NCBI GenBank assembly: GCA_036375135.1
Contig: DASUSL010000091.1
Coordinates: 10,947 to 74,946, forward strand
Direction: 5' to 3'
Length of the DNA stretch: 64,000 nt
Source of the DNA: Thermoanaerobaculia bacterium
Lineage (GTDB): Bacteria > Acidobacteriota > Thermoanaerobaculia > Gp7-AA8
Position 1 is the stretch's first letter, and each line of letters begins with the position of its first letter. The position numbers and the translations under genes were made by a program. Under the pieces are notes generated by a model. That model ran no database searches, was not told the DNA's origin, and saw only the letters and a program-made list of their open reading frames with translations. Below are positions 1 through 8,738 of this stretch, one piece after another.

Positions 1-239
1 GAGATGAGCTTCTTGTCCGCGGCGGCCTCGATGAAGTGGACGTCCGGATGCGTCCGCCGGTCGATGCGCAGGCAGGACTGGCAGTCGTCGCTGGTCGAGC
101 CGTTGAGGCAGTTCAGCGTCTTGGCCAGCCGCACGGCAAGGTCGCGCAGGAGCGACGGCGACGGTCCGTGCAGGATGATCGCGTGGTGCAGCTCGCCGCG
201 GCGTGCGGTGTCGAGCAGGAGTGAGGTCGTGGTCGTCAT
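1..239 (-). CDS. holB: DNA polymerase III subunit delta-prime (HolB), N-terminal part; gene continues beyond window start
   Basis: Minus-strand translation from the ATG (rc of 237-239) gives MTTTTSLLLDTARRGELHHAIILHGPSPSLLRDLAVRLAKTLNCL...CQSCLRIDRRTHPDVHFIE, the HolB N-terminal pattern (zinc-module CxxC, HPD). It overlaps the tmk stop in ATGA; tmk-holB adjacency is conserved. Confidence 0.7.
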   Translation of the reverse strand, partial: MTTTTSLLLDTARRGELHHAIILHGPSPSLLRDLAVRLAKTLNCLNGSTSDDCQSCLRIDRRTHPDVHFIEAAADKKLI

Positions 240-874
240 GAGAAGAGTTGCGGCGCGCGTGCGCGGAGCGTCTCGAGGGTGCGGTCGAAGACCTCGTCGA
301 TCGTGCCGTGCGCGTCGACGACGGCGAACCGTTTCGGCTCCGCTTTCTCCAGCGCAAGATATCCCTCGCGCACCCGCCGGTGGAAGCGCAGATCCTCGGC
401 CTCGAAACGCCCCTCGTCGACGGTCATCTCCGCGTTCCGGGCATGGGCGCGGGCCAGCCCGGTCTCCTCGTCGATGTCGAAGAGCAGCGTGAGGTCGGGC
501 GCGAGGCCGTCCGTGGCCCACTGATTCAGCGTCTGGAGCCTGCCGAGGTCCAGCCTGCGGCCGTAGCCCTGGTAGGCGAGGGTGGCGTCGGTGTAGCGGT
601 CGCAGAAGACGGCCGTGCCGCGGTCCTGCGCGGGACGGATCACCTCGACGACGTGCTGACGCCGCGAGGCCGCGTACAGCAGCAGCTCGGTCATCGCGTC
701 CATGCCGGTCGCCGCGGAGTCGAGGAGGATGGCCCGGATGCGGTCGCTGATGGGCGTGCCGCCCGGCTCCTTGGTGACCACGCACTCGCGCCCGAGGCCG
801 CGATACCACGCCCCCACGCGCTGGATCTGCGTCGACTTGCCCGACCCCTCGGGGCCTTCAAACGTGATGAACAT
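236..874 (-). CDS. tmk: thymidylate kinase
   Basis: 212 aa starting MFITFEGPEGSGKSTQ (P-loop), followed by DRY and a lid region; full-length Tmk architecture. Confidence 0.9.
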   Translation of the reverse strand: MFITFEGPEGSGKSTQIQRVGAWYRGLGRECVVTKEPGGTPISDRIRAILLDSAATGMDAMTELLLYAASRRQHVVEVIRPAQDRGTAVFCDRYTDATLAYQGYGRRLDLGRLQTLNQWATDGLAPDLTLLFDIDEETGLARAHARNAEMTVDEGRFEAEDLRFHRRVREGYLALEKAEPKRFAVVDAHGTIDEVFDRTLETLRARAPQLFS

Positions 875-1763
875 TCGTCAGACCGTCGCGCAGCCCGCGC
901 AGGTAGTGCTCGCGCATGAGCGTCTCGAACACGTTCGACCGCGCGAGCAGCCGGAAGCGCTCGCCCAGGCGCGCCTTGCGGCGGAGCTTCGCGAGCTGCG
1001 CTTCGTCCGCGAGCTTACGCGTTTCCAGCTCGTGGACGCCGAGGAAGTGGCCGAGCTCGGGATGCTTCTGGTAGAAGATCGCCCCCGACTTGCCGACGGT
1101 GTACTGGCGGCGCGCGAACGAGTCGACGTTCATCGGGTGGTAGTGCCGGGTGACGGCCCGCGCGTTGTAGCGGATCTGCAGGCCGTGCTCCTTCAGCCGG
1201 TAGGCGAGCTCGATGTCCTCCCAGGCGGCCGAGGGGAAGGTCGTGTCGAAGGGATGGGCCGTGAGGACCGCGCGGTCGATGGAGATGTTGGACGTGTAGA
1301 AGAAGTTGAACGGGACCACGGCGCCGTCCTCGATCAGCTTGTAGCCGAACTGCAGGCCGTAGTCGTTGATGTAGTCCATGAACGCCGTCACCCGCTCGCC
1401 GCGCGGCCAGCCCGTATAGCCGAGGCAGGCCAGGAGCGGGTCGTCGTTGGACTCGCGATGGACGCGGGCGTGCTCGGCCAGGAAGCGCGGCTCGGGGACG
1501 GTGTCGTCGCCGATGAAGACGATGAACCGGCCCTGCGCGAGCGAGACGCCGTGGTTGCGGGCGCGTCCGGGGCCGGAGTTCGGTTGCGTGCGGAAGGTGA
1601 TGCCCTTCCGCTGTGAGATCACCCGGTCCGTGTCGTCCTTCGAGCCGTCGTTGATGACGATCGTCTCGAACGGCGGCGCGTCGATCTGCGCGTCCAGGCC
1701 ATCGAGGACGCGGACGAGCATGTCGAGACGGTTGTAGGTGGGGATGACGACGGAGAAGTACAT
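858..1763 (-). CDS. family 2 glycosyltransferase
   Basis: VVIPTYNRLDMLVRVLDGLDAQ...ETIVINDGSKDDT...GDD: GT-A fold DxD signatures. Start chosen at ATG MYFSVVIPTYN (rc of 1761-1763), because the longer ORF start at 1850 lies inside the inverted-repeat element. Confidence 0.8.
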   Translation of the reverse strand: MYFSVVIPTYNRLDMLVRVLDGLDAQIDAPPFETIVINDGSKDDTDRVISQRKGITFRTQPNSGPGRARNHGVSLAQGRFIVFIGDDTVPEPRFLAEHARVHRESNDDPLLACLGYTGWPRGERVTAFMDYINDYGLQFGYKLIEDGAVVPFNFFYTSNISIDRAVLTAHPFDTTFPSAAWEDIELAYRLKEHGLQIRYNARAVTRHYHPMNVDSFARRQYTVGKSGAIFYQKHPELGHFLGVHELETRKLADEAQLAKLRRKARLGERFRLLARSNVFETLMREHYLRGLRDGLTNVHHV

Positions 1764-1798
1764 GGTCAGAGTCGCGGCGCGGGATTGTATCGTCACCC

Positions 1799-1913
1799 GC
1801 GGAGCGCCGGCTTCCAGCCGGCCGCTACGCCGCCTTCCAGGCGGCAGCATTTCTCGCGAGAGGCGTGCCGGCAGGATGCCGGCGTAGCGGCCGGCTGGAA
1901 GCCGGCGCTCCGC
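1799..1913. repeat. perfect 34-bp inverted repeat (arms 1799-1832 and 1880-1913) with a 47-nt spacer, MITE/REP-like; possible bidirectional terminator downstream of fabG
   Basis: GCGGAGCGCCGGCTTCCAGCCGGCCGCTACGCCG and its exact reverse complement. The spacer contains a nested CCGGCAggaTGCCGG hairpin. The element sits between the fabG stop (1920-1922) and the GT2 start. Confidence 0.85.
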
Positions 1914-1919
1914 GATTCT

Positions 1920-2645
1920 CTACGCCGACGCGCCGCCGTCGATGGCGAGGACCTGGCCGGTGATTCCGCTGGCGTCGTCCGACAGCAGGAAGGCGATGGC
2001 CGCGGCCACCTCGTCGGCGCGGATGGCCCGGCGCATGGGGATCTGGCGGATCATCTCCCGCTTCACGTCCGGGTCGAGGGCCGCGATCATGTCCGTGTCG
2101 ACGAGGCCGGGCGCCACGCAGTTCACGCGGATGCCGCTGCGGGCCACTTCGCGGGCGAGGGAGCGGCTCATGGCGATCAGGGCCCCTTTCGCGGCGGAGT
2201 AGTTCGTCTGGCCGACCACCCCGTGCAGTCCCGACAGCGAGGCCACGTTCACGATCGCGCCGCGGCGCTGCTGCATCATCACCGGCAGCACGGCCTTGGT
2301 CATCGACCACGCGCCGCGCAGGTTCGTGTCCAGCACCTCGTCCCACTGCTCGGGGGACATGTTGTAGAGGAGGGCGTCCTGCCGCACGCCGGCGTTGTTG
2401 ACCAGCGCGTCGATCGTGCCGAATTTCGCGGCGACCTGTTCGGCCACGCGCTTGTTGGCGTCGTGGTCGCGCACGTCGGCCTCGAACGCCAGGGCGCGGC
2501 CTTTGGACTCCGCCTCGAACGCGAGGGCGGCATCTTTGGACTTCCCGTACGTGAACGCGATCGACCAGTCCTCGGCGAGCAGATGCATCGCCGTCACGCG
2601 GCCGATGCCGCGGGAGCCGCCGGTGATGAGTGCGACTCTGGTCAG
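1920..2645 (-). CDS. fabG: 3-oxoacyl-ACP reductase-like short-chain dehydrogenase (FabG family)
   Basis: [11 protein letters not shown] Rossmann motif, NNAG, YSAAK catalytic motif and a FabG-like C-terminus. The stop is TAG (rc of 1920-1922). No ATG/GTG/TTG lies between the acs stop and the Rossmann motif, so the start is uncertain (possibly CTG 2643-2645 overlapping the acs stop). Confidence 0.75.
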   Translation of the reverse strand: MTRVALITGGSRGIGRVTAMHLLAEDWSIAFTYGKSKDAALAFEAESKGRALAFEADVRDHDANKRVAEQVAAKFGTIDALVNNAGVRQDALLYNMSPEQWDEVLDTNLRGAWSMTKAVLPVMMQQRRGAIVNVASLSGLHGVVGQTNYSAAKGALIAMSRSLAREVARSGIRVNCVAPGLVDTDMIAALDPDVKREMIRQIPMRRAIRADEVAAAIAFLLSDDASGITGQVLAIDGGASA

Positions 2646-4594
2646 GATTCTTCCTCGTATTTCTCTTTCAGCGTGGCCACGACCGTGGGATCGGCGAGCG
2701 TGGTCACGTCGCCCAGGGCGCGGCCCTCGGCGATGTCGCGCAGGAGGCGGCGCATGATCTTGCCGGAGCGCGTCTTGGGGAGGTCGACCGAGATGATGAT
2801 CTTCTCGGGCCGCGCGATCGCGCCGATCTTTTCCGCGACGTGGGCCTTCAGCTCCTGCTCGAACTTCGCCGGATCGGCGAGGGCGGCCTCGCGCTCGCTC
2901 TCCTTGACGATCACGAACGCGGCGATGCCGGTGCCCTTGATCTCGTGCGCGATGCCGACCACCGCGGCCTCGGCGATCGAATGGTGGTCGACCAGCGCGG
3001 ACTCGACTTCCATGGTCCCGATGCGGTGTCCGGCGACGTTGATGACGTCGTCGACGCGGCCCAGGAGCCAGAAGTAGCCGTCTTCGTCGCGCTTCGCGCC
3101 GTCGCCCGTGAAGTAGACCCCGGGCCACTTCGACCAGTACTGCTTCACGAAGCGATCGGGGTCGCCCCAGATGCCGCGGAGCATCGACGGCCACGGGGAG
3201 GTCAGGGCGAGGTAGCCGCCGCCGACTTCCACTTCCTTGCCGCTCTGGTCCAGGATCTTCGCGTCGATGCCCGGGAACGGCTTCGTCGCGGAGCCGGGCT
3301 TGGTGGGGACCAGGCCGGGCAGCGGGGTGATGAGGATCGCGCCGGTCTCGGTTTGCCACCAGGTGTCCACGATCGGGCAGCGCTCGCCGCCGATGTTGCG
3401 GTGGTACCAGATCCACGCCTCGGGGTTGATCGGCTCGCCGACGCTGCCCAGCAGTCGCAGGGAGGACATGTCGTGCGACTTCGGCAGATCTTCGCCCCAC
3501 TTCATGAAGGCGCGGATGGCGGTGGGGGCGGTGTAGAAGATCGAGACCTTGTGCTTCTCGATGATCTCCCAGAAGCGGTCTTTCTTCGGCCAGTCGGGCG
3601 CGCCCTCGTAGATCATCACCGTGGCGCCGGCGGCCAGCGGGCCGTAGACGACGTACGAGTGGCCGGTGACCCAGCCGATGTCGGCGGTGCACCAATAGAT
3701 GTCGTCGTCCTTGAAGTCGAAGACCCACTTGCAGGTGGCCAGGCACTGGGTGAGATAGCCGCCCGTGGTGTGGACGATGCCCTTCGGCTTGCCGGTGCTG
3801 CCGGAGGTGTAGAGGACGTAGAGCATGTGCTCGGAGTCGACCCACTCCGGCTCGCACCAGGCGTCGGCGGAGGCCATGACGTCGTGGTACCAGACGTCGC
3901 GGCCGTCGTGCATGGTCACTTCATCCTCGGGGCGGCGGCGGACGACGACGACTTTCTCGATGGACGGGCACTCGGCGACCGCGGCGTCGGTGGTCTTCTT
4001 CAGCGGCACGACCGTGCCGCGGCGGTAGCCGCTCGTGGCGGTGATGCAGACCTTGGCCGTGCCGTCCTGGATGCGGTCTTTCAGGGCGTCGGCCGAGAAG
4101 CCGCCGAAGACGACCGAGTGGATGGCGCCGATGCGCGCGCAGGCGAGCATGGCCACCACGGCCTCGGGGATCAGGGGCATGTAGATCGCGACGCGATCGC
4201 CTTTGACGACGCCGAGGGACTTGAGGGCGTTGGCGAACTTGCAGACGTCGGCGTGGAGGGCGCTGTAGGAGATGCGGCGGATCTCGCCCGGCTCACCCTC
4301 CCAGATCAGGGCGATTTTGTCGCTGTTCTTCTCGAGATGGCGGTCCAGGCAGTTGAAGGACGCGTTGAGGGTGCCGCCGGTGAACCACTTCGCGTAGGGC
4401 GGCTCCCACTCCAGCACCTTGTCCCACTTCGTGTGCCAGTCGAGCTGCTCGGCCCACCCTGCCCAGAATTTCTCGCGGTCTTTGTCGGCCTTCGCCCAGA
4501 TCGCGGGATCCTTCACGTTCGCGTTCCGGCGGAACTCCTCGGATGGCGGAAACTCGCGGCTTTCCTGCAGGAGTGCGTCGATCTCTTGAGCCAT
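2642..4594 (-). CDS. acs: acetyl-coenzyme A synthetase (AMP-forming)
   Basis: 650 aa; N-terminal [24 protein letters not shown]-binding box [12 protein letters not shown]-terminal [11 protein letters not shown]; colinear with Acs. Confidence 0.95.
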   Translation of the reverse strand: MAQEIDALLQESREFPPSEEFRRNANVKDPAIWAKADKDREKFWAGWAEQLDWHTKWDKVLEWEPPYAKWFTGGTLNASFNCLDRHLEKNSDKIALIWEGEPGEIRRISYSALHADVCKFANALKSLGVVKGDRVAIYMPLIPEAVVAMLACARIGAIHSVVFGGFSADALKDRIQDGTAKVCITATSGYRRGTVVPLKKTTDAAVAECPSIEKVVVVRRRPEDEVTMHDGRDVWYHDVMASADAWCEPEWVDSEHMLYVLYTSGSTGKPKGIVHTTGGYLTQCLATCKWVFDFKDDDIYWCTADIGWVTGHSYVVYGPLAAGATVMIYEGAPDWPKKDRFWEIIEKHKVSIFYTAPTAIRAFMKWGEDLPKSHDMSSLRLLGSVGEPINPEAWIWYHRNIGGERCPIVDTWWQTETGAILITPLPGLVPTKPGSATKPFPGIDAKILDQSGKEVEVGGGYLALTSPWPSMLRGIWGDPDRFVKQYWSKWPGVYFTGDGAKRDEDGYFWLLGRVDDVINVAGHRIGTMEVESALVDHHSIAEAAVVGIAHEIKGTGIAAFVIVKESEREAALADPAKFEQELKAHVAEKIGAIARPEKIIISVDLPKTRSGKIMRRLLRDIAEGRALGDVTTLADPTVVATLKEKYEEES

Positions 4595-4635
4595 TCTTCA
4601 TGACCTCCAGGGGAGCGAGATTGTATAGCGTTGAT

Positions 4636-4906
4636 TTTTCGAATCCTCGGCCTGATTCGTCGAATCTTCGCGAGGATTCCCATTCGCTTCGCGAGGATTC
4701 CCATTCGCTTCGCGAGGATTCCGTTTCGCTTCGCGAAGATTCCGTTTCGCTTCGCGAAGATTCGTTTTCGCTTATCGAAGATTCAGGTTCGCTTGTCGAG
4801 GATTCGTTTTCGCTTCGCGAAGATTCGTTTTCGCTGATCGAGGATTCGTTTTCGCTTGTCGAAGATTCGTTTTCGCTTCGATCGGATTTCGCGAAAATCG
4901 CGAAAA
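4636..4906. repeat. tandem array of about 12 degenerate 21-bp units (consensus TCGTTTTCGCTTCGCGAAGAT) in the acs upstream / purQ downstream intergenic region
   Basis: Direct head-to-tail repeats with no unique spacers. Each unit carries the palindrome TTCGCGAA or a near variant. The array ends in TTCGCGAAAATCGCGAAAACG. Confidence 0.9.
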
Positions 4907-4934
4907 CGCAGGCAAGTGAAGCTAGGTCAATGGC

Positions 4935-5630
4935 TTACGCCCGTGCGAACGACGCCGCGATCGATTTGAAGACCAGCAGGCCGTCGGCATTTCCGAGGAT
5001 CGACTCCGCGCAGCGCTCCGGGTGGGGCATCAGGCCGAGGACGTTCCGGCCGCGGTTGCAGATGCCCGCGATGTGGCGGGCGGAGCCGTTCGGGTTGGCC
5101 TCGCTGGTCAGGCGCCCCTCCTCGTCGCAGTAGCGGAAGATCACCTGCCGGTTGCGCTCGAGCTCATCGAGCGTGGCCTCGTCGGCGAAGTAGTTCCCCT
5201 CGCCGTGGGCGATCGGCGTGCGGATGATCTGCCCGGCCGCCAGCTCGTTCGTGAACGGCGTATCCGTCTCCTCCGTGCGAATGAAGACGTCGCGGCCGAG
5301 GAAGCGGAGGTGCTGGTTGCGCATCAGCGCCCCCGGGAGCAGGCCGACTTCCGTCAGCACCTGGAACCCGTTGCAGATCCCGAGGACCAGGCCCCCCGCC
5401 TCGGCGTGCCGGCGGATCGGGTCCATGATCGGGGCGAACTTCGCCAGCGCGCCGGCCCGCAGGTAATCGCCGTACGCGAAGCCGCCGGGGATGATCACGC
5501 AATCCGCGCCCTTGAGGTCCGTGTCCTTGTGCCACAGCATCTCGGCGTCTTGTCCGAGGACGTCCTTCGTCACGTGAAGCGCGTCGTGATCGCAGTTCGA
5601 GCCGGGGAGGACGACGATGCCGAATTTCAT
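4935..5630 (-). CDS. purQ: phosphoribosylformylglycinamidine synthase subunit PurQ (glutaminase)
   Basis: 231 aa; [16 protein letters not shown]...GICNGFQ (Cys nucleophile) ...HPER; class-I GATase of the PurQ type. Confidence 0.95.
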   Translation of the reverse strand: MKFGIVVLPGSNCDHDALHVTKDVLGQDAEMLWHKDTDLKGADCVIIPGGFAYGDYLRAGALAKFAPIMDPIRRHAEAGGLVLGICNGFQVLTEVGLLPGALMRNQHLRFLGRDVFIRTEETDTPFTNELAAGQIIRTPIAHGEGNYFADEATLDELERNRQVIFRYCDEEGRLTSEANPNGSARHIAGICNRGRNVLGLMPHPERCAESILGNADGLLVFKSIAASFARA

Positions 5631-5681
5631 GCCCCGAGTTTAACAAGTGAAACGGTTCGGCGGTCTCCTGCACTATCGGGT

Positions 5682-6815
5682 ATGCAGGTGGAAGAAGTCC
5701 GTTTCAACCACAACCCGAATTCGGCGGCGAACGACGCCATGACGATCGCCGTCAACGGCGCGTCCGGGGCTGTCGTTGCGCCGGAATGGCAGCGCAGTCC
5801 GGTCAAGCGCGACCCGTGCGCGTACGCCCTCGGCGCCCTCAGCGGAGCGGTGACGATCAAGGCGCGCTTCTCCGGCGGACCGTCGAACGGCGTCCGGCGG
5901 ATCCGCGCGGTCGACGCCAACCCGGTGCCTCCGCAGCAGGCCGGGTGCGCCGGCTTTCTGCTCTGGCTGCTCCAAGCCATCCTCCACGCCTTGTTCGGCC
6001 CCATCGGGGACGTTCTGCCGAAAAACGTGGCGTTCGATGCGGCCGGCAACTCGGGGCTGGAGACCTTCACGCTCAACGCCCCGTACCTCGGCGCGAACGG
6101 CTTCGTCACGAAGCGCAACACGGTGTGGAAGTGGCAGTACAAGTCGGGCGGCTCGTGGATCGACTTCGACACCACCGACCACACCATGTACGTCACCGTA
6201 GACCTGCCCACCGCGCCGTGGGTGCAGTCGGGGAACCCGTCGCAGCTCCCGTGGGCGATCGCGTTGGATCAGGCGTGCCTCTGGGCCATCGGGAAGAAGA
6301 CGAAGGACGACGTCGCCGCGGCCATCACGCTGGAAGTGAATCGCGTGCCGAACGTCTCCTACACGCCGATGACGATGTTCGGCTTCAGCGACTATCAGCT
6401 CACGTCGTACCTCACGCATCTCGCGGGCGGACCGTTCATCATGAACTGCACCGACGCCGCCGACGCCGTCACGACGCTCTCCAACCTCCTCGGCTGCAAC
6501 CTGGCCGAGGGGCGGTTCTTCAACATGGTGACGCGGAAGTTCCTGACCCTGTCGGGCAATCCCGCCGTTCCCGCGGACTGGGTATCGTGGGCGTGGGGCT
6601 ATCACGAGATCTGCTGGCTGAACGACTTCTCCAGCAACACCGTGTGGGACGGCTGCCTGCAACTGGACATGAGCGACGTGCCGAACGTGCACGTGGCAAA
6701 GCTGGTGGCGAAGATGCCGTTCAGCGTGCCGGACCCGAACGACTACAAGACGCGCCTGATCGCGAGCGGCCTCGGCACGCTCGAGAGTTTCGTCCGGCAC
6801 CGGGCCGTGGTTTAA
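5682..6815 (+). CDS. hypothetical protein (377 aa) with no recognisable family; first gene of a two-gene cassette inserted between purQ and purS
   Basis: ATG at 5682 is in frame with ORF 5022-6815, whose upstream part is antisense to purQ. Codon usage and GC resemble neighbouring genes. Seven Cys; C256-x51-H308-x14/20-D323/329 spacing. Confidence 0.6.
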   Translation: MQVEEVRFNHNPNSAANDAMTIAVNGASGAVVAPEWQRSPVKRDPCAYALGALSGAVTIKARFSGGPSNGVRRIRAVDANPVPPQQAGCAGFLLWLLQAILHALFGPIGDVLPKNVAFDAAGNSGLETFTLNAPYLGANGFVTKRNTVWKWQYKSGGSWIDFDTTDHTMYVTVDLPTAPWVQSGNPSQLPWAIALDQACLWAIGKKTKDDVAAAITLEVNRVPNVSYTPMTMFGFSDYQLTSYLTHLAGGPFIMNCTDAADAVTTLSNLLGCNLAEGRFFNMVTRKFLTLSGNPAVPADWVSWAWGYHEICWLNDFSSNTVWDGCLQLDMSDVPNVHVAKLVAKMPFSVPDPNDYKTRLIASGLGTLESFVRHRAVV

Positions 6816-6824
6816 GGAGAGACG

Positions 6825-7490
6825 ATGCAGCGGGAAATCACGATGAAAGCAATCGCTCCGGTGCTCGGCCATCCGCGCGAGCCGGGTCTGCTGCTGGTGG
6901 GCTTCAAGGCCTGGTCCGGGCCGCAGCCGGACGGCGCGTCGTCGCTGCGCGAGCAGCTCGCCCCGAACAGCTCCCGCGCGGTGTGGGACCTCGGCCGCGG
7001 CCGGATCGCGCTGACGGTCACCGAGCACGGCTCGGTGGAAGACGCGCTGAGCGCGCTCGCGGACGACATGGAAGCCAACCAGCTCGCGGAAGTGCCACGC
7101 GGCCCCGAGGACGTCGGGGAGATCAGCTTCGTGCATCCGCCCGAGGCGCCGCCGGCGCTGTTCTTCGTGCGCGGCAACCTGACGATGGGCGTATTCAGTT
7201 TCGGCCGCGAGGCCGTGGACGTCGAGCCGTTCGCGCGGCGCGTCGACACCGAGCTGCGGGCGCGTCCGGCGGATGCGCGTGAAGGCAACCTGGAGGTGCA
7301 GCGCGGCGAGCGCGGCATCGTCGTGAAGCCGCGCTACGCGGGAGACGGCTACGTGAAAGTGTTCGCGGCGGGGAAGGCGCGCAAGCACGGCGCCGAGATC
7401 GTCCTCGAAGGAGACGGCGACGCGGACCTCTATTACGTGGAGCCGGGCCGCGAGACTCAGCGGGCGACGGCGGGGCGCGGCAAGTTGTAA
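6825..7490 (+). CDS. hypothetical protein (221 aa), translationally linked to the upstream gene
   Basis: AGGAGA Shine-Dalgarno 8 nt upstream of ATG 6825; 9-nt gap after the 6815 stop; no family recognised. Confidence 0.55.
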   Translation: MQREITMKAIAPVLGHPREPGLLLVGFKAWSGPQPDGASSLREQLAPNSSRAVWDLGRGRIALTVTEHGSVEDALSALADDMEANQLAEVPRGPEDVGEISFVHPPEAPPALFFVRGNLTMGVFSFGREAVDVEPFARRVDTELRARPADAREGNLEVQRGERGIVVKPRYAGDGYVKVFAAGKARKHGAEIVLEGDGDADLYYVEPGRETQRATAGRGKL

Positions 7491-8491
7491 ATCGTGAGGA
7501 ACCCCGCGCGGTCGGTGGCGACGAGGGAGTTGCTGGCCGGGTCGAAGGCCAGAGCGTAGGCGTCCACGCCATACAGCGATGCGGGCGTGACGCCGCGGGT
7601 CGAGCCGGGGAAGGCGGTGCTCGCGCTGCAGCGGCGCTCGGCGTAGACGACCAGCGTATCCGCGCCGGCGACCGTGGCCACCTGCGGGCCGGCGTTCTCG
7701 GGGATGCACACGCGGTTGCCGTTCACGAGCTCCCTGCCGGACTTCACCGCCTTCTCGAAGATCGCGTCGCGGCTGAAGGCGACGAGGGAACGGTCGCCCG
7801 CGGCGAACGTCGCGGACTCGATGGTCTTGTCGGTCTGCATCGGGTCGCGCGAGATCACGGTGAAGGTCTTCGTGTCGAATAGCGTTACGGCCGTGGCCTT
7901 GGCGTTGCCGAAGTTCTCGGTGGCGAAGACCGCGAGGGTGTTGCCGCTCGCGCTGACGGCGATGGTCATCGGATCGTCGATCGGCAGCGTGCGCAGCTCG
8001 GTGTCGCCCTCGCGGTCGTAGACGTGGACCTTGCGGCCGAGGACGTAGACGTAGCGGCCCTTCGGATCGGGGATGACGTCGCGGATCCGCTCGCCCTCCA
8101 TGGTGATCTCGCGGAGGACGGCCAGGTTCGGCAGGGAAAGGATCAGCGCGCTCTCGTCCGTACCGTTGGCGATGTAGAGGCGCGAGCGGTCGGGATTCGT
8201 GCGCAGGGTGACCAGCTCCTTGGTTGCGGCGATCTGCGCGGAGTCGAGGACGACGTGCTTCCGGACCGTGCCGGTCGCGGGGTCGATCGCGGCGACGGAC
8301 TGCGTCTCGGCCAGGCCGACGTAGATGGTGCCGTCGGCACCGACGGCGACGCCGCGCGGGTCGCCGGACAGCGTCCAGCGCTTGATCACCTTCCGGTCTT
8401 TGGTGGAGACGGGCCTGAGGGTGTCAGCGACCAATGCAGGGGCGAAGAGCGACACCGCCGCGGAGGTGAGCAGGACGAGAGCGGCGAGTCT
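7457..8491 (-). CDS. secreted YVTN/NHL-type beta-propeller repeat protein
   Basis: Signal-peptide-like SRSRLAALVLLTSAAVSLFAPALVA, followed by repeated G.DG.IYV / dPa.g.v motifs. The start codon is unclear: there is no canonical start between the purS stop and the signal peptide; in-frame GTG at rc 8453-8455 or an upstream ATG overlapping purS are alternatives. Confidence 0.6.
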   Translation of the reverse strand, partial: RLAALVLLTSAAVSLFAPALVADTLRPVSTKDRKVIKRWTLSGDPRGVAVGADGTIYVGLAETQSVAAIDPATGTVRKHVVLDSAQIAATKELVTLRTNPDRSRLYIANGTDESALILSLPNLAVLREITMEGERIRDVIPDPKGRYVYVLGRKVHVYDREGDTELRTLPIDDPMTIAVSASGNTLAVFATENFGNAKATAVTLFDTKTFTVISRDPMQTDKTIESATFAAGDRSLVAFSRDAIFEKAVKSGRELVNGNRVCIPENAGPQVATVAGADTLVVYAERRCSASTAFPGSTRGVTPASLYGVDAYALAFDPASNSLVATDRAGFLTIYNLPRPAVAR

Positions 8492-8738
8492 ACTCCTCGA
8501 GTGTGTAGGAGAATTTTTCGATGACCGTGTTCGCGAGGAGCCGCTCACACATCTGCCGAAGCTGCGTTTCGACGTTCTCCCGTGTCTGCCCACCATCCGC
8601 AAGCGTAATTCGGAACACTTTGCCCACCCGCACATCTTCCACACCGGAGAAGCCGAGCGAGCTCAGCGAGTGCTCGATGGCCTTGCCCTGAGGGTCGAGG
8701 ACGGACGGTTTGAGCTCGACGGTAACGGTTGCCTTCAT
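8490..8738 (-). CDS. purS: phosphoribosylformylglycinamidine synthase subunit PurS
   Basis: 82 aa MKATVTVELKPSVLDPQGKAIEHSLSSLGFSGVEDVRVGKVFRITL...MCERLLANTVIEKFSYTLEE matches the PurS family over its full length. Confidence 0.9.
   Translation of the reverse strand: MKATVTVELKPSVLDPQGKAIEHSLSSLGFSGVEDVRVGKVFRITLADGGQTRENVETQLRQMCERLLANTVIEKFSYTLEE

Noticed and set aside
2630-4603. 657-aa plus-strand ORF antisense to acs; similar long antisense ORFs at 5673-7709, 8842-11310, 17624-20713, 23656-25578, 33634-35520, 38709-40190, 41093-42958, 44337-45950 and elsewhere
   Set aside because: They lie opposite genes with unambiguous family signatures, and translate to Arg/Ala/Gly/Pro-rich low-complexity sequence typical of high-GC antisense frames.
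4636-4906. CRISPR array
   Set aside because: Repeats are directly adjacent with no unique spacers, and no cas genes are nearby.
4543-5133. ORF encoding REDSHSL/REDSFSL heptapeptide repeats, and the overlapping ORF 4631-4837
   Set aside because: The repeats are the translation of the 21-bp DNA tandem array, which stays open in every frame. The ORF overlaps acs and purQ on the other strand.
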